A stretch of DNA of 63,775 nt, counting the filler, from Olpidium bornovanus S191 (Eukaryota; Fungi; Olpidiomycota), in NCBI GenBank assembly GCA_017911155.1. It is 31 parts of 31 records of this genome, joined end to end, with 100 filler letters (N's around TTAATTAATTAA, not from the genome) between each part and the next. Parts side by side here need not be neighbours in the genome. Positions count along the whole stretch, not along the records: positions 12,211 to 13,416 come from JAEFCI010012550.1; positions 13,517 to 16,536 come from JAEFCI010007313.1; positions 16,637 to 19,493 come from JAEFCI010002318.1; positions 19,594 to 25,157 come from JAEFCI010011063.1; 27 more parts are not named here. One strand, 5' to 3'. The notes below the pieces were generated by a model. The model searched no databases. It worked only from the letters and a program-made list of their open reading frames with translations, and had not been told where the DNA came from. Shown here in pieces: positions 12,111 through 22,539 of the stretch; positions within the stretch are counted from its first letter, which is position 1; each line of letters starts with the position of its first letter. A program made the position numbers and the translations under genes.

Positions 12111-13516
12111 NNNNNNNNNNNNNNNNNNNNNNNNNNNNNNNNNNNNNNNNNNNNTTAATTAATTAANNNNNNNNNNNNNNNNNNNNNNNNNNNNNNNNNN
12201 NNNNNNNNNNACGGACACTCCAGCTGTCCATCTACGCTGACCGCGGACTACCCGCAGCACCGAATACGGTGCAACCGACGGAAGCGTTTACCGGCTAACC
12301 GCGACAAGCCCCCAGCCCCTTCCCCTCCCCCTTCCTCTCCCCTTCCCCTCCCAAATTTCCTGCAAAAATGGCGTCCTCCCCCGCCCGACAGCCGTTCCAA
12401 ACCACGAATAAGGGAGCTCGACTTCCGGACGCTCGGCGGCGCTCGACGCCGGCGAGTGCGGACTGTGCGCTCCCGGGGAACGGGTAGGCTGCGGCGCTTC
12501 CGCACGCGCGTGCGGTTGGGCCAGCACCCACGCGAAAAGGGCCAGGATCGCATGCCCCATGGGTCACGTTTTGGTCGAAACGCTTCCGGCCGGCCGAAGT
12601 CCACGGCTTTGCGAATGGCGGCATGGGAAGAGAGTGCGACGCCCTCCTTTGGATTGAAACCGTTTCCGCCTGTGCCTTCTGCTTTTGTTCTATTATCTTT
12701 TGGCCGTCGTTCGGTCGGGATCCGCCAAAAACTTCTTCTTCCCCCCCTTCCCCCCCCCCTTACGCAAAAAGCCCCACGACGCAAAAACTCCGGAGAGCGT
12801 GGAAACACGCCAGGAAGCACTGACAAGGGGAGCGCGAAGAAGAACGGAGGGAGGTGCGTGCACAACGCGCGGCGCGGGAACCGCAAATGGTCAGATTGGT
12901 CGTGGAAGCAACTTTACCTCCCTGAAAGCACACGGCCGCTGCCCCGCCCCCCTCCCCTCACTCCGCCTCCGTCCCCCTCATTCTCTCCCCTCGTTCCCGC
13001 AAACAACGAACTGGGCGCCGTGGGACAGTACCACCGCGGTGGCGACGCGCGTCCACGCATCCCGCCCAAAAGCGCGTTTCCGCCGGCGCCGACGCCCCGC
13101 CGCAAAATGCCAAAAACACCCTACCTGAGTGACACGCGCAAGACTGCGCCCTGCTTCAGAGTCTGTTGCCGCTTCCAGATTTTTTCACCCTCGCCTTCCT
13201 GCAGTACACGCGCAAGTGTGCTAGCGACGAGCAGGAAGCCGCCCTGCAGCGTCGGGTGATAGCAGCATTGTAGTCTGCGGCTGTTTCCCAGCTGCCATGA
13301 GCCGTTTTCCTGCCGCTGTTTGCGTCTCATCACTGCAACATTCGCGGCATTAAGGAAGAGATGATTTTAAACGCGCATCGTTGCAGAGTCGTAAACTAAA
13401 CCTATTGATAATTGCANNNNNNNNNNNNNNNNNNNNNNNNNNNNNNNNNNNNNNNNNNNNTTAATTAATTAANNNNNNNNNNNNNNNNNNNNNNNNNNNN
13501 NNNNNNNNNNNNNNNN

Positions 13517-14701
13517 ACGTCCCCAAAATTCGGCTTCGGTTCCTTGACATTCACAATCAGAATATCAGTCTGCACATACGCAGCCGCAGGACAATATGGC
13601 GCTAACAAAAATCCCAAAATATCCACGAATCTCCCCCCCCTGGCCCTCCTGCTGCCGCTTCTCCTCATCCGTCAATCGCGTAACAAACATGTGGTCGCGG
13701 TCACCTTTAGCACCGGCCAAGCGACCATTATAAACATCCTCGCAAAGTAGCTGGTAAACAAGCCTCCGATGGTAACTTGTAGGACAGCGTACAACCAGTT
13801 TGGGCTCTCTTGGATTTTGCAACCATTCATTAACAAGATTTCTGGAAAGGCGAAATTGCCACGACGAGCAGATAAGCATCCAGCAAGTTTTTTCCTAACC
13901 GACGCAAATTTGTTCTTGTGTTCACCTTGCGTTTTCGAAAAACGCTCTGTTTCCGTCATCGATCGGAATGTCGGGCATTGCTGATTTCAATTCTTTTCTG
14001 GCCTTCCGCTTCCTTAAGTCTTCAAGGGATGCGTACGGGATGCCTACAAAGACGGAAATGTGTCAAAAAAAACTCTCCAAAGTTTACGTTCGGAGCGTTT
14101 ACATCAAATGTACCAGACCATACCGTGCTGGAAGAGTTTGTTGAAGTCGAAGCCACACCGGCTCAAGAACAGAATCGATGAAGGTTGACAGCAGAACACG
14201 CGGTAGCCGTGTTCACTGCACTCGTCGTCCATCTCGTCCGCGAAGATGTAAAAGTTGAACGGCCTGGCCACCCAGCGCCCTACTGCTTCGCCACCGCCGT
14301 CATCACCGCCACCGCTGTTCTCCGCGGGCTCGTAACGGAACGTAGCGAGGCCAAACTGGATGATGCGGAAGGCCTGGGCGGAGTCCCGCACTTTGGAGTA
14401 ACGGAGACCGATGTCATCGAAAGGTGAACTTCTGTTGTTGTGCGTGAAAAGCCCTGCGTGCCAACCCGCGTAAATAGACGTGTTGGGTTCAGTCGGGCAA
14501 AGCTCGGAGACGTACAAGGCGACGGCAACGCCGCGGATGGCCCGGCGAGCTCCCGCGCAGATCCGCGTGAGTCCCCTTCCGGCACATCCGGCGGTCGCCC
14601 TCACCGGTCAACTCCGTGTCGATCGCGACGAAGTCGGACTCTTCGATCGCCTGTTTTACAAGAGGGAGCACCTCCAGAAAGGTTTCGCGCAGCACGTCCA
14701 T
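13517..14701 (-). CDS. PARN: Poly(A)-specific ribonuclease PARN (CAF1/DEDD family with R3H domain), multi-exon, 3' partial
   Basis: MDVLRETFLEVLPLVKQAIEESDFVAIDTELTG; IIQFGLATF; FNFYIF; SILFLSRCGFDFNKLFQHG; CPTSYHRRLVYQ (R3H). Confidence 0.92.
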
Positions 14702-14901
14702 ACTGACGCCGACGGGCCCGCGAGATTCTGTGCGGCGCGACGGTCTGGCCGCCGGCAGTGCGGAAACGACAACAGCGCGGACAAGAAGAGTGAGTTGGTT
14801 TGGTGGGAGTCGCCGCCACCCCCCTCCGTCGGGCGAGAGGAAGAAGCCGCCACCGGAAAACGCCCCCCCGCCGCGCCGCCTCCCAAACAACAAGCCCAAC
14901 A

Positions 14902-16430
14902 ATGCCCGCGCCGGTGCCCGCGCTCCCCGCGGCGCCGCCTTCCGCAGCGGCTGTCCACGCCGCGCTGCCCCTGGCTGGTCGGCTTCTGCAGAGGGCCGGT
15001 TCCACCGTGGTCCCGGCCCGTGCGTTCTCGGCCCGTGCTCTCCTCGTCGCCGCCCGCCCGCCACCCGCAACTCGTGCTGGCCGCTGCGGCTGCTGCGCCA
15101 GTCCCGGCAAAATTCACCCTGCTGCAGGACGTCGCGCGGTGAACTATGTGCGGCGACCACAGCGGAAGCTGCACGGAACAGCCCAGGCACGAAGTATATG
15201 GATTCCCGTGCAATGCAGAAGAGCTTTCCCGGCGAAGTCCCCTGCGTTCCTCTCGGCCACCTTACCCTCCCGCGCGCGTGACAGCGTCTTCTGCCGTCCC
15301 GTCGCCGCCTTCCACTGCACGGTAGAAGCCCAGAAACAAATCGTCTTCAGCGACGACCGACTGAGGTACTACAAAAAAGTGGGCAGTCTCCCGTCCGTTC
15401 TGGGTAAAGTCACCAACTGGTCGTTCTACCAGTTTGTCGCGTTGCCTGGTGCTCAGCTTGAGGACTTGCGCGACAAGTTACTCGAGCTCTTCCTGGACCT
15501 GGACGTCCGTGGTAGGGTATACATCGCCACTGAAGGGATCAATGCTCAAATCGCGTGCCCGGACCGGAACTTTCAAGAAATGAAGCGGCGGCTTGAGGAG
15601 ACGCTGCCCGGCGTCGAACCTGGCTCTGTCGATTACAACGAAGGAATGAGCAACGATTTTTCCTTCAGTTCCTTGCACGTTCGCATCCGGAAGGCCCTTG
15701 TCAACGACGGTCTTGGTGCTACCATATCGACTCTAAAAGATTCGACCCCGCAAGCCACACATCTTCCTCCCGCTGAGTTTCACAGGATGCTGACGGAGGA
15801 AATTGACCACGCTAAGAAAGAGGGGACAGCCGGACCACTGATAGTGGAGTATGCTGGTTCGAATGCTCTTATTAACCGGTTTATTGATGCAAATGTTCTA
15901 ACTGCCTTTTAAATTTTTTTATTTCCGAACCGGGCGCATGCATTTTACACTTGGGCCAGCCTTCGAAATCATTATGAGAGCGCTGTGCGTCACCCGGGAA
16001 CCCCGACGCCCTTGATGCGTTCCAGGCGCAGGTCCGTGCATTCCTGTGTGGAAGGAAAGCTGATTGTAAATATTTCTTGCACAATCCTTCGTGCATAGGT
16101 AGGAAGATTCGAGGGCGCCATTACCCTGGACTCGGACACGTATAGGGAAGGATACGCTATGCTGGAAAATGAACTTGCCAAGCGCGATCAAGTTGGCAAG
16201 AAGCCCGTGTTCTTGGTGCGAAAAAATTGATTTGTCTGGTATGCGCTCTTTAAAACTCTTGCTGATTCCTGCACGCTTTTACCAGTACTGCACTGTACGT
16301 TGGTTTCGTTACGTAGCGACGCCAGTCACCGTCCACGTAATACTTTTATTTGTGTTTAGGGTGGAATCAGATGTACGCGGTCAGGCTCAGCTCTCATGCA
16401 GCAGGGGCTAGATAACATGTTCGTGGTCCG
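14902..16430 (+). CDS. TrhO/YceA (UPF0176, TSTD2-like) rhodanese-domain protein, multi-exon, 3' partial
   Basis: SFYQFV, RGRVYIATEGINAQI, LHVRIRKALV, HLPPAEFHRML; spliced RNHYESA|VGRFEGAI and YCT|GGIRC; Arg/Ala-rich N-terminus. Confidence 0.9.
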
Positions 16431-17749
16431 TATGAGACGCACGTTCCGATTTACCGTCAAAAGTCGTATACGTATCTTATTCGTTTTAATTGTTGCTTTC
16501 AGTTAAAGGGAGGCGTCACGGCATACGGACACTTCCNNNNNNNNNNNNNNNNNNNNNNNNNNNNNNNNNNNNNNNNNNNNTTAATTAATTAANNNNNNNN
16601 NNNNNNNNNNNNNNNNNNNNNNNNNNNNNNNNNNNNGCATGACACCCTTCGCAAATCTTGGGCCGAGGTAAAACGCAAGGACGCAGGAGCCTTTATCCCT
16701 CGCGCCCTCCGCTGAACGACCTCGAACCATCGATGAGGTCACCGCTCGTTGAAAATCCGCACACCGATTCACGCGTGCCCATACGCGTCCGCAGTCACGG
16801 TCTCCCACACTGTGCGGCCTCACCCCACCCTCGGGGACAGCCAGTCATTACATTGTTCCAGCTGTGAGAGCCAGCTGAGGGACTATTGTCGGGCCACAAC
16901 GCCCCGTCGATGTGTCAACCGACCGGCCACCGTTCGCCTCGCGCGCGCCTCTCCGTGGACAGGCAATACCGGCACTCATCTCACTTTGTCATGGGAACTC
17001 CTCGACTGCACCGTTTGAGCCCGGGAGTCGATGGGGGATTGAAGTCGAAGGAGGGATTCGCGTCCTTTCGCTTTGCCTTTGCTTCGATCTGCTTACCGCC
17101 ATTACTCTCGATCCCAGTGCATCCCGGTACACTGGTGGTGCTGACGAGCACCTTCCGCACAACCGCCAGCCCGCTGGGGATTAGGGCTGTTCGAGAAGAA
17201 GGGTCGTCAGCTGGTTTTGATTCCACAGCACCCTTTGGTGATCATCCCGCTGATCGCCATGCCGTGGGAAAGCTGGTTTTTGAGGATGCGCCCGCGACAC
17301 CGCCTTCGTGTTCTTTTTCGCACCCGTCCAGGAACATCTGACGTCGAGGATGTCCTGTTATACCGTTGCCTTCGTTGATCACTGCCTCTATGGCCCAACA
17401 ACTCACCGCGTGATCTCCACAGAGTGGCCCCATCGTGAGCGCCATTGATACTCTGAAATCCGTCGAGCAAATCCGGCTGGCCTCTGCGATCCTTTCAAAG
17501 CGTCGATGTGTGACGCCGACTGAAAAAGCTCCACAGCCCTCCGCAAATGAAGGGCGGCCCAGACAAAAGCGCTGGCACCTCAGAACAGCGACAAAAATGG
17601 ATCCCAAACCACTGTAGTGGACACTCTATTATTCCCTCATACCTCCGCTCAACACACCGCCTTCCATGTACCGTTCGACCTCGATGCTTCCCGTTCAATC
17701 TCAATGCCTTTCGCTCGACCTCGAAGCCCTTCACTCGAAGGGCTTCACT

Positions 17750-18180
17750 CGTGAGCTCCGACCGCCAATGTGGCAGGGTCAACGGTTCGCGGTTACCTAA
17801 GGGGAGTTCGCGTGAGCTCCGACCGTCTCGTCGGCGGGTCCAACGGTCGCATGGTGCGCGAAAGGGGAGTTCGCGTGAGCTCCGACCGTCGACGTGGCGG
17901 GTCCAACCGTCTTGTGGTGTCCTAAAGGGGAGATCGCGTGAGCTCCGACCGCCAATGTGGCGGGTTCAACGGTTCGCGGTTACCTAAGGGGAGTTCGCGT
18001 GAGCTCCGACCGTCTCATCGGCGGGTCCAACGGTCGCATGGTGCGCGAAAGGGGAGATCGCGTGAGCTCTGACCGTCTCGTTGGCAGATCCAACCGTCTT
18101 GTGGTGTCCGAAAAGGGAGTTCGCGTGAGCCCCGACCGCCAACGTGGCGGGTTCAATGGTTCGCGGTTACCTAAGGGGAG
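17750..18180 (+). repeat. Higher-order tandem array: monomers A(61)-B(63)-C(63)-A-B-C-A(partial), 187-bp period
   Basis: Monomers start with CGTGAGCTCCGACCG (slight variants) at 17750, 17811, 17874, 17937, 17998, 18061 and 18124; each has AAGG(G)GAG near its end. Confidence 0.95.
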
Positions 18181-18294
18181 TGTTGTGTTGCGTTGCCCTG
18201 TAGTTCACCTACTAGTTGAATTGTACCTCTCCGCCACTTTTCCTTTCCCCCTTCCCGCCTCTCGCCCACAATAAAACAACGCGGTTCTACAACA
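18181..18294 (+). mobile_element. 114-bp LTR of a Ty1/copia element
   Basis: TGTTG...CAACA inverted termini; AATAAA at 18270; AAGGGGAG immediately upstream and the PBS immediately downstream. Confidence 0.85.
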
Positions 18295-18306
18295 GGTTAT
18301 GAGCCC
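18295..18306 (+). promoter_or_regulatory. Half-tRNA(iMet) primer-binding site
   Basis: GGTTATGAGCCC abutting the LTR end CAACA. Confidence 0.88.
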
Positions 18307-18423
18307 AACGGACTGCCACTGTCCGTGAGCACCGCCCTCAGCCCTGCCCGTGAGCCCAAAGGCGCCCTGCCCGTGACCTCCCGACCTTCCCCTGTCGCTC
18401 CATCGTCCTCCAAAAAAGAGAAG

Positions 18424-18950
18424 TCGCGCGCCATCTGTTGGCGCCGCTGCTGAGGGCCAAGTCGAGCCGCGCGCCATCCGTTGGCGCCGCTACCGCGCAG
18501 AAGGAGGGGAGGAGCCCGCAGAGGGGAAGACGCGCGCCATCCGGGAGCCGTGCGCCATCCGTTGGCGCCGTCGCGTGCGCAGAAGGAGAGCAAAAAGAGA
18601 AGACGCGCGCCATCCGTTGGCGCCGCCGCTGAGGACCGAGTCGAGCCGCGCGCCAACCGTTGGCGTCGTCGTGCTTGCAGAAGGAGAGCAAAAGGAGAAG
18701 ACGCGCGCCATCCGTTGGCGCCGCCGCTGAGGACCGAGTCGAGCCGCGCGCCAACCGTTGGCGCCGTCGCGCGTGGAAGGAGAACAGAAGGAGAGCAGAG
18801 GGAGAACCGCCGCCGCGCGCCATCCGTTGGCGCGCGCGCAGGAAAGCAGAAGGAGAGCCGCCCGCCATCCTTTGGCGCGTGCGCAGAGGGAGAGCAGAAG
18901 GAGAGCAGAAGGAGGGCAGAAGGAGAGCCGCGCCATACGTTGGCGCGCGC
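18424..18950 (+). repeat. Array of ~10 palindromic GCGCCA-N5-TGGCGC units separated largely by GA-rich linkers, in the retrotransposon 5' leader
   Basis: GCGCCA(T/A)CCGTTGGCGC and variants near 18428, 18471, 18552, 18607, 18650, 18705, 18749, 18817, 18863 and 18931, plus a half copy near 18534 (positions approximate). Confidence 0.9.
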
Positions 18951-19156
18951 GCAGGAGAGGAGAAGGAGAGCAACAAGACAAGCCCCCGCCAAGCCCGTTC
19001 TGCCCCCGCTGCTCTTTACGAAGAGAGTGGGGCTGCCGGCAAGTGCTTGTTTGTTTGTTTGCGTGTACCTGAACGTGGCACTCTCCGCCGTACACCTAAG
19101 GACTCTCAGGCGTTCACTCACATTCTTCATTGAATTACCCGACGAGACCTTGAACC

Positions 19157-19493
19157 ATGGAGTCGACTCTTCGCCTGGTGATTCCCCCGCTCACCGAGGA
19201 CAATTGGACGTCCTGGAAGGAGAACATGCGCGCCGTGCTCCTCCACCGTGGACTGTGGGACGCCGTGACTGGTGAAGACGAACGCCCCACCCATGGAACA
19301 CCGAGCCAGCTACGTGACTGGAACCGGTCGAACGGAGAGGCGTATGGCGAGCTTTTCCTGCATATCTCTGATCTCTACAAACACCTGATGAAGGGCAAAG
19401 AAACAGCGAGAGAAGCGTGGGCGTCATTGCAAGCGCACTTCGAGTCACCGCGTACCACAGCGCGAGTGGAGGCAAAGGTCGCCCTGTACAGCA
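19157..19493 (+). CDS. gag: Ty1/copia Gag N-terminus, uninterrupted to the contig end
   Basis: IPPLTEDNWTSWKENMRAVLLHRGLWDAVTG...ETAREAWASLQAHFES is the classic copia gag (DUF4219/UBN2-type) pattern. Confidence 0.92.
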
Positions 19494-19593
19494 NNNNNNN
19501 NNNNNNNNNNNNNNNNNNNNNNNNNNNNNNNNNNNNNTTAATTAATTAANNNNNNNNNNNNNNNNNNNNNNNNNNNNNNNNNNNNNNNNNNNN

Positions 19594-19627
<34 letters not shown>

Positions 19628-20044
19628 GCGGCAGGCTGACGTTTAGCACGCAAAATATAACGTCGTGTCCTCCTCGCGTCGCGCCACAAAAGCTGGCCGA
19701 GCCGCCGCCGCGGTGCCGCGTTTGCTGGGTTGAGTCTGCGCCAAAATGTCAACGGAAGCAAACTCGCGCAGCCGCCGCGCTGCAATACGTGGGGGCAAGG
19801 CAACGTGTTACGGCAGCCCGCGCGCGTTGCGGGATGCGGGGAAGTGGGGGGGGGGGGAAATTGGGCAAAACGTCTACGCGTTGCTGCGGCCGTTCCACGT
19901 TCCGGAAGTTCGTGGCAGTGGCGACGGGGAGTGACGGATATCTGACCGTGAGTGACTTTGGTTGCAAAAAAAAAAAAAAAAAAAAAAAAAACAAAAAAAG
20001 AAATGACGCGCGTCAAAGCGCGTCGCGGAATGTCGCGCGATTGG

Positions 20045-21340
20045 CTGAGGTTCGACGACCGCACGATCGTCAACAAAAAAACGTCGGGTAGGCCGGTCGA
20101 GGGGCCACGGAAATCGCAGTAACGATTAGGCGCAAACCGAATAACTTCTCGGGCAGTCGCCGAAAGCGGCGACTATTTCCGCTTCACATGAGGATAATGT
20201 TGCACATGGCAAAGACTGGAATTGGAGAATATCGCGTCGCCCCGTGATCTATCGGCGATCAGTCGGGTCGATTGGCGAAATCACTGTCAGTGTAACGCCG
20301 ATAATTAGATTGGCAAGCGCGGTTGCAGGGCTGGCAATGAAGCATAATCAAAAAGACTCTGTTCGTTTGAGAAAACGGAGGATACATCTCAAAGCGGTCC
20401 GGCATTCCGGCGAAGGATCTGCCGTGAAACGCGCTGAGAAAACTTGTTGCAGTTGCAATACCAGGTCTTGTGCAAAGAACAAGGGGCACAAGGCATCCGA
20501 TCAATTCACGGTGGCGGCGGCGCTCCACCTCTGTCGCAACTCCATTGAACGGTCGTGAAGTGCAAAATCGCTTCCATATCCGCGGGCGTGCCCACGGGAT
20601 TACAGGAGGCGTGATTTGTTCGTACAAAGAAAAGCGTTGAATGTAATGTGTACTTTGATCGAGGATGCGATCCCCGCTGGTAAGGTCGGTGGCACGTACG
20701 CCGAGGACGTACTAAAGCAGTCCATTGCCACATAAATTTCCTGTGAATACGCTATTCGAGATTGAGTACCACGTCGAGATGGGATCCCGCAATATTCAAA
20801 TCATCAACGTATACTGCAATTGACGGCAGTGATGCGGGCGCTTTAGGTGTATAAGCCAAGTTCTCTCGGGACAGGGGCGAAGCCGATGGTACAAAGTTCT
20901 GTGTCCAGCTCAACATTCCATTCGCGCGCGGATTGGCGCAAACCGTAGAGTGGCCCATCGAGTTGCGGTACGTGGTGAAGATGCTTATTACTGATGGCTC
21001 CCGCCCGCCGGTTGCTCAATAGAAACTATATGATGCAGGCGTGCTTTTGAGTACGTTGTGACCACATCACGGCTCTGCACGATCCAGTGTCCAGCAGCTG
21101 CAATAGCGAGTAAAAGGCTGAAAGCTTGGTGTGATAACAACGGGCCCGTAGTCTCGTCGAAGTCGATGCCGGTTGTCTCAGTGAAACCTCGCGTAACAAA
21201 AGCGAGCTTCTGTGCTTGTTCGACTGTCCCACCCTCATTCGTTGGTCTGTCGGGCGGCGGAACGAGACGAAAGTGTTGTGCTCGCGGAGGGCGACCGTTG
21301 TTTGATGCCAACAGGCGGGCGTCGGCAGATGTCAGCGCTT
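20045..21340 (-). mobile_element. Degenerate Ty1/copia reverse transcriptase-RNase H
   Basis: FVTRGFTETTGIDFDET, LLLAIAA, IAVYVDDL, RELIGCL..TRPGIA, YTDSDFA, LSSCEAEIVAA; frameshifted. Confidence 0.93.
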
Positions 21341-22122
21341 CCTCTGGCTGCCGTGCCCGCATCGCGGCGCTTCCCTGGCGCTTTGCTCGGGAAAAAGCCG
21401 GGGGGGCCGGCGAGGCGGACCGGCACGGTCGCCCCGGGTCCTCTGCCGGCAGCCGCGCGAGGAGCCTTCAGAGCCTCAGACGACAGGGAGGAAAGCGCGC
21501 GAAAACAGTTTCGTGCGATTCGCGCCGGCCGGGGTGGGGGGCGGCAGATTCAAGTGATTTATCCTCCGGCTCGTTGCCCTGATCGACAGACCCGGCGGCG
21601 AAGCGGACGCCGAGGTAGCGGCAGGCGGCGGCGGGGAAGACGGGTCCGTCCCGCCTCCCCTCCCCCACGCCGCCCCCCTGCCCCCCCTCAGCTCCTGCCG
21701 TCGCTTGCCTGCGGCGCTAGCATCACCCCGAGGCCGACGGGCTTCTGTTCTTCCCGGAACCGTTTCCGGTTTGACGTGAGCCGGGGATTGTGCTCCAAAA
21801 ACCAGTAAAAGAAAAAACAACAACAAAGAAGCTCCCGGGGACGAAATTTTGTTTTTTTTTTCTGTTTTTTTTTTTTTTTCTTAACGGTTTCTTCGCCTGA
21901 GGAACTTTATTTGCCGACGGGGGAACGCGGAGGGGGAGGGGGGGGGGGCGCCTCTCGGGAGAGCACCGCCGCGGTAATGCCGGGAACTTTTTTCCGGAAA
22001 CCAAAACGAACCGGCGCACCCCAGACGCGTTCGGCGGAGTGTTCCGCAAGCGGAAAGAGACGGAGAGAGGGAGAGAGGGAGAGAGGCGAGACGGAGACGG
22101 AGAGAGCTGCGGCGAGTGAGAT

Positions 22123-22126
<4 letters not shown>

Positions 22127-22186
<60 letters not shown>
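22127..22186. repeat. (AG)n microsatellite, ~30 units
   Basis: Direct observation. Confidence 0.95.
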
Positions 22187-22190
<4 letters not shown>

Positions 22191-22444
22191 TGATTGGTAA
22201 GTAAACGACCGGGAAGTCGGTTTTATTTTACTCAGTTTTTTTTTTTTTTTTTTTTTTTTCCCGCCTTTCGCCTCCCTTTCCCTCTTTAACCCTGCTTGCC
22301 TTTGTTCTCAGAGAAAGGCAAAAAAAAGAAAGAAAACCACCGAGCCATGGAGGCCGGAACGCAAAAGCACGCCCTTGCGGAGAGGAAGGCGGGGAGACGC
22401 TTGCAGAGAAAAAGAGACAGAGAGAGAGAGAGAGAGAAAGAGAC

Positions 22445-22477
<33 letters not shown>

Positions 22478-22539
22478 TAGTCACGGAGAGAGGAGCCTCT
22501 TCCTCCTTTCTCCTCCAATAGTCGCCGCACGCCTTGCAG

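Noticed and set aside
14489-15281. Several long overlapping ORFs extending PARN or TrhO upstream
   Set aside because: GC-rich stop-poor sequence; family homology begins at MDVLRE (PARN), and the extensions are low complexity.
17750-18180. CRISPR array (61-63 bp period, conserved ~25-bp block)
   Set aside because: The 'spacers' are homologous to each other and recur every third unit, there are no cas genes, and the context is eukaryotic retrotransposon.
18424-18950. CRISPR-like palindromic repeat array
   Set aside because: The core is only 17 bp, the linkers are related and irregular in length, and it lies between an LTR/PBS and gag.
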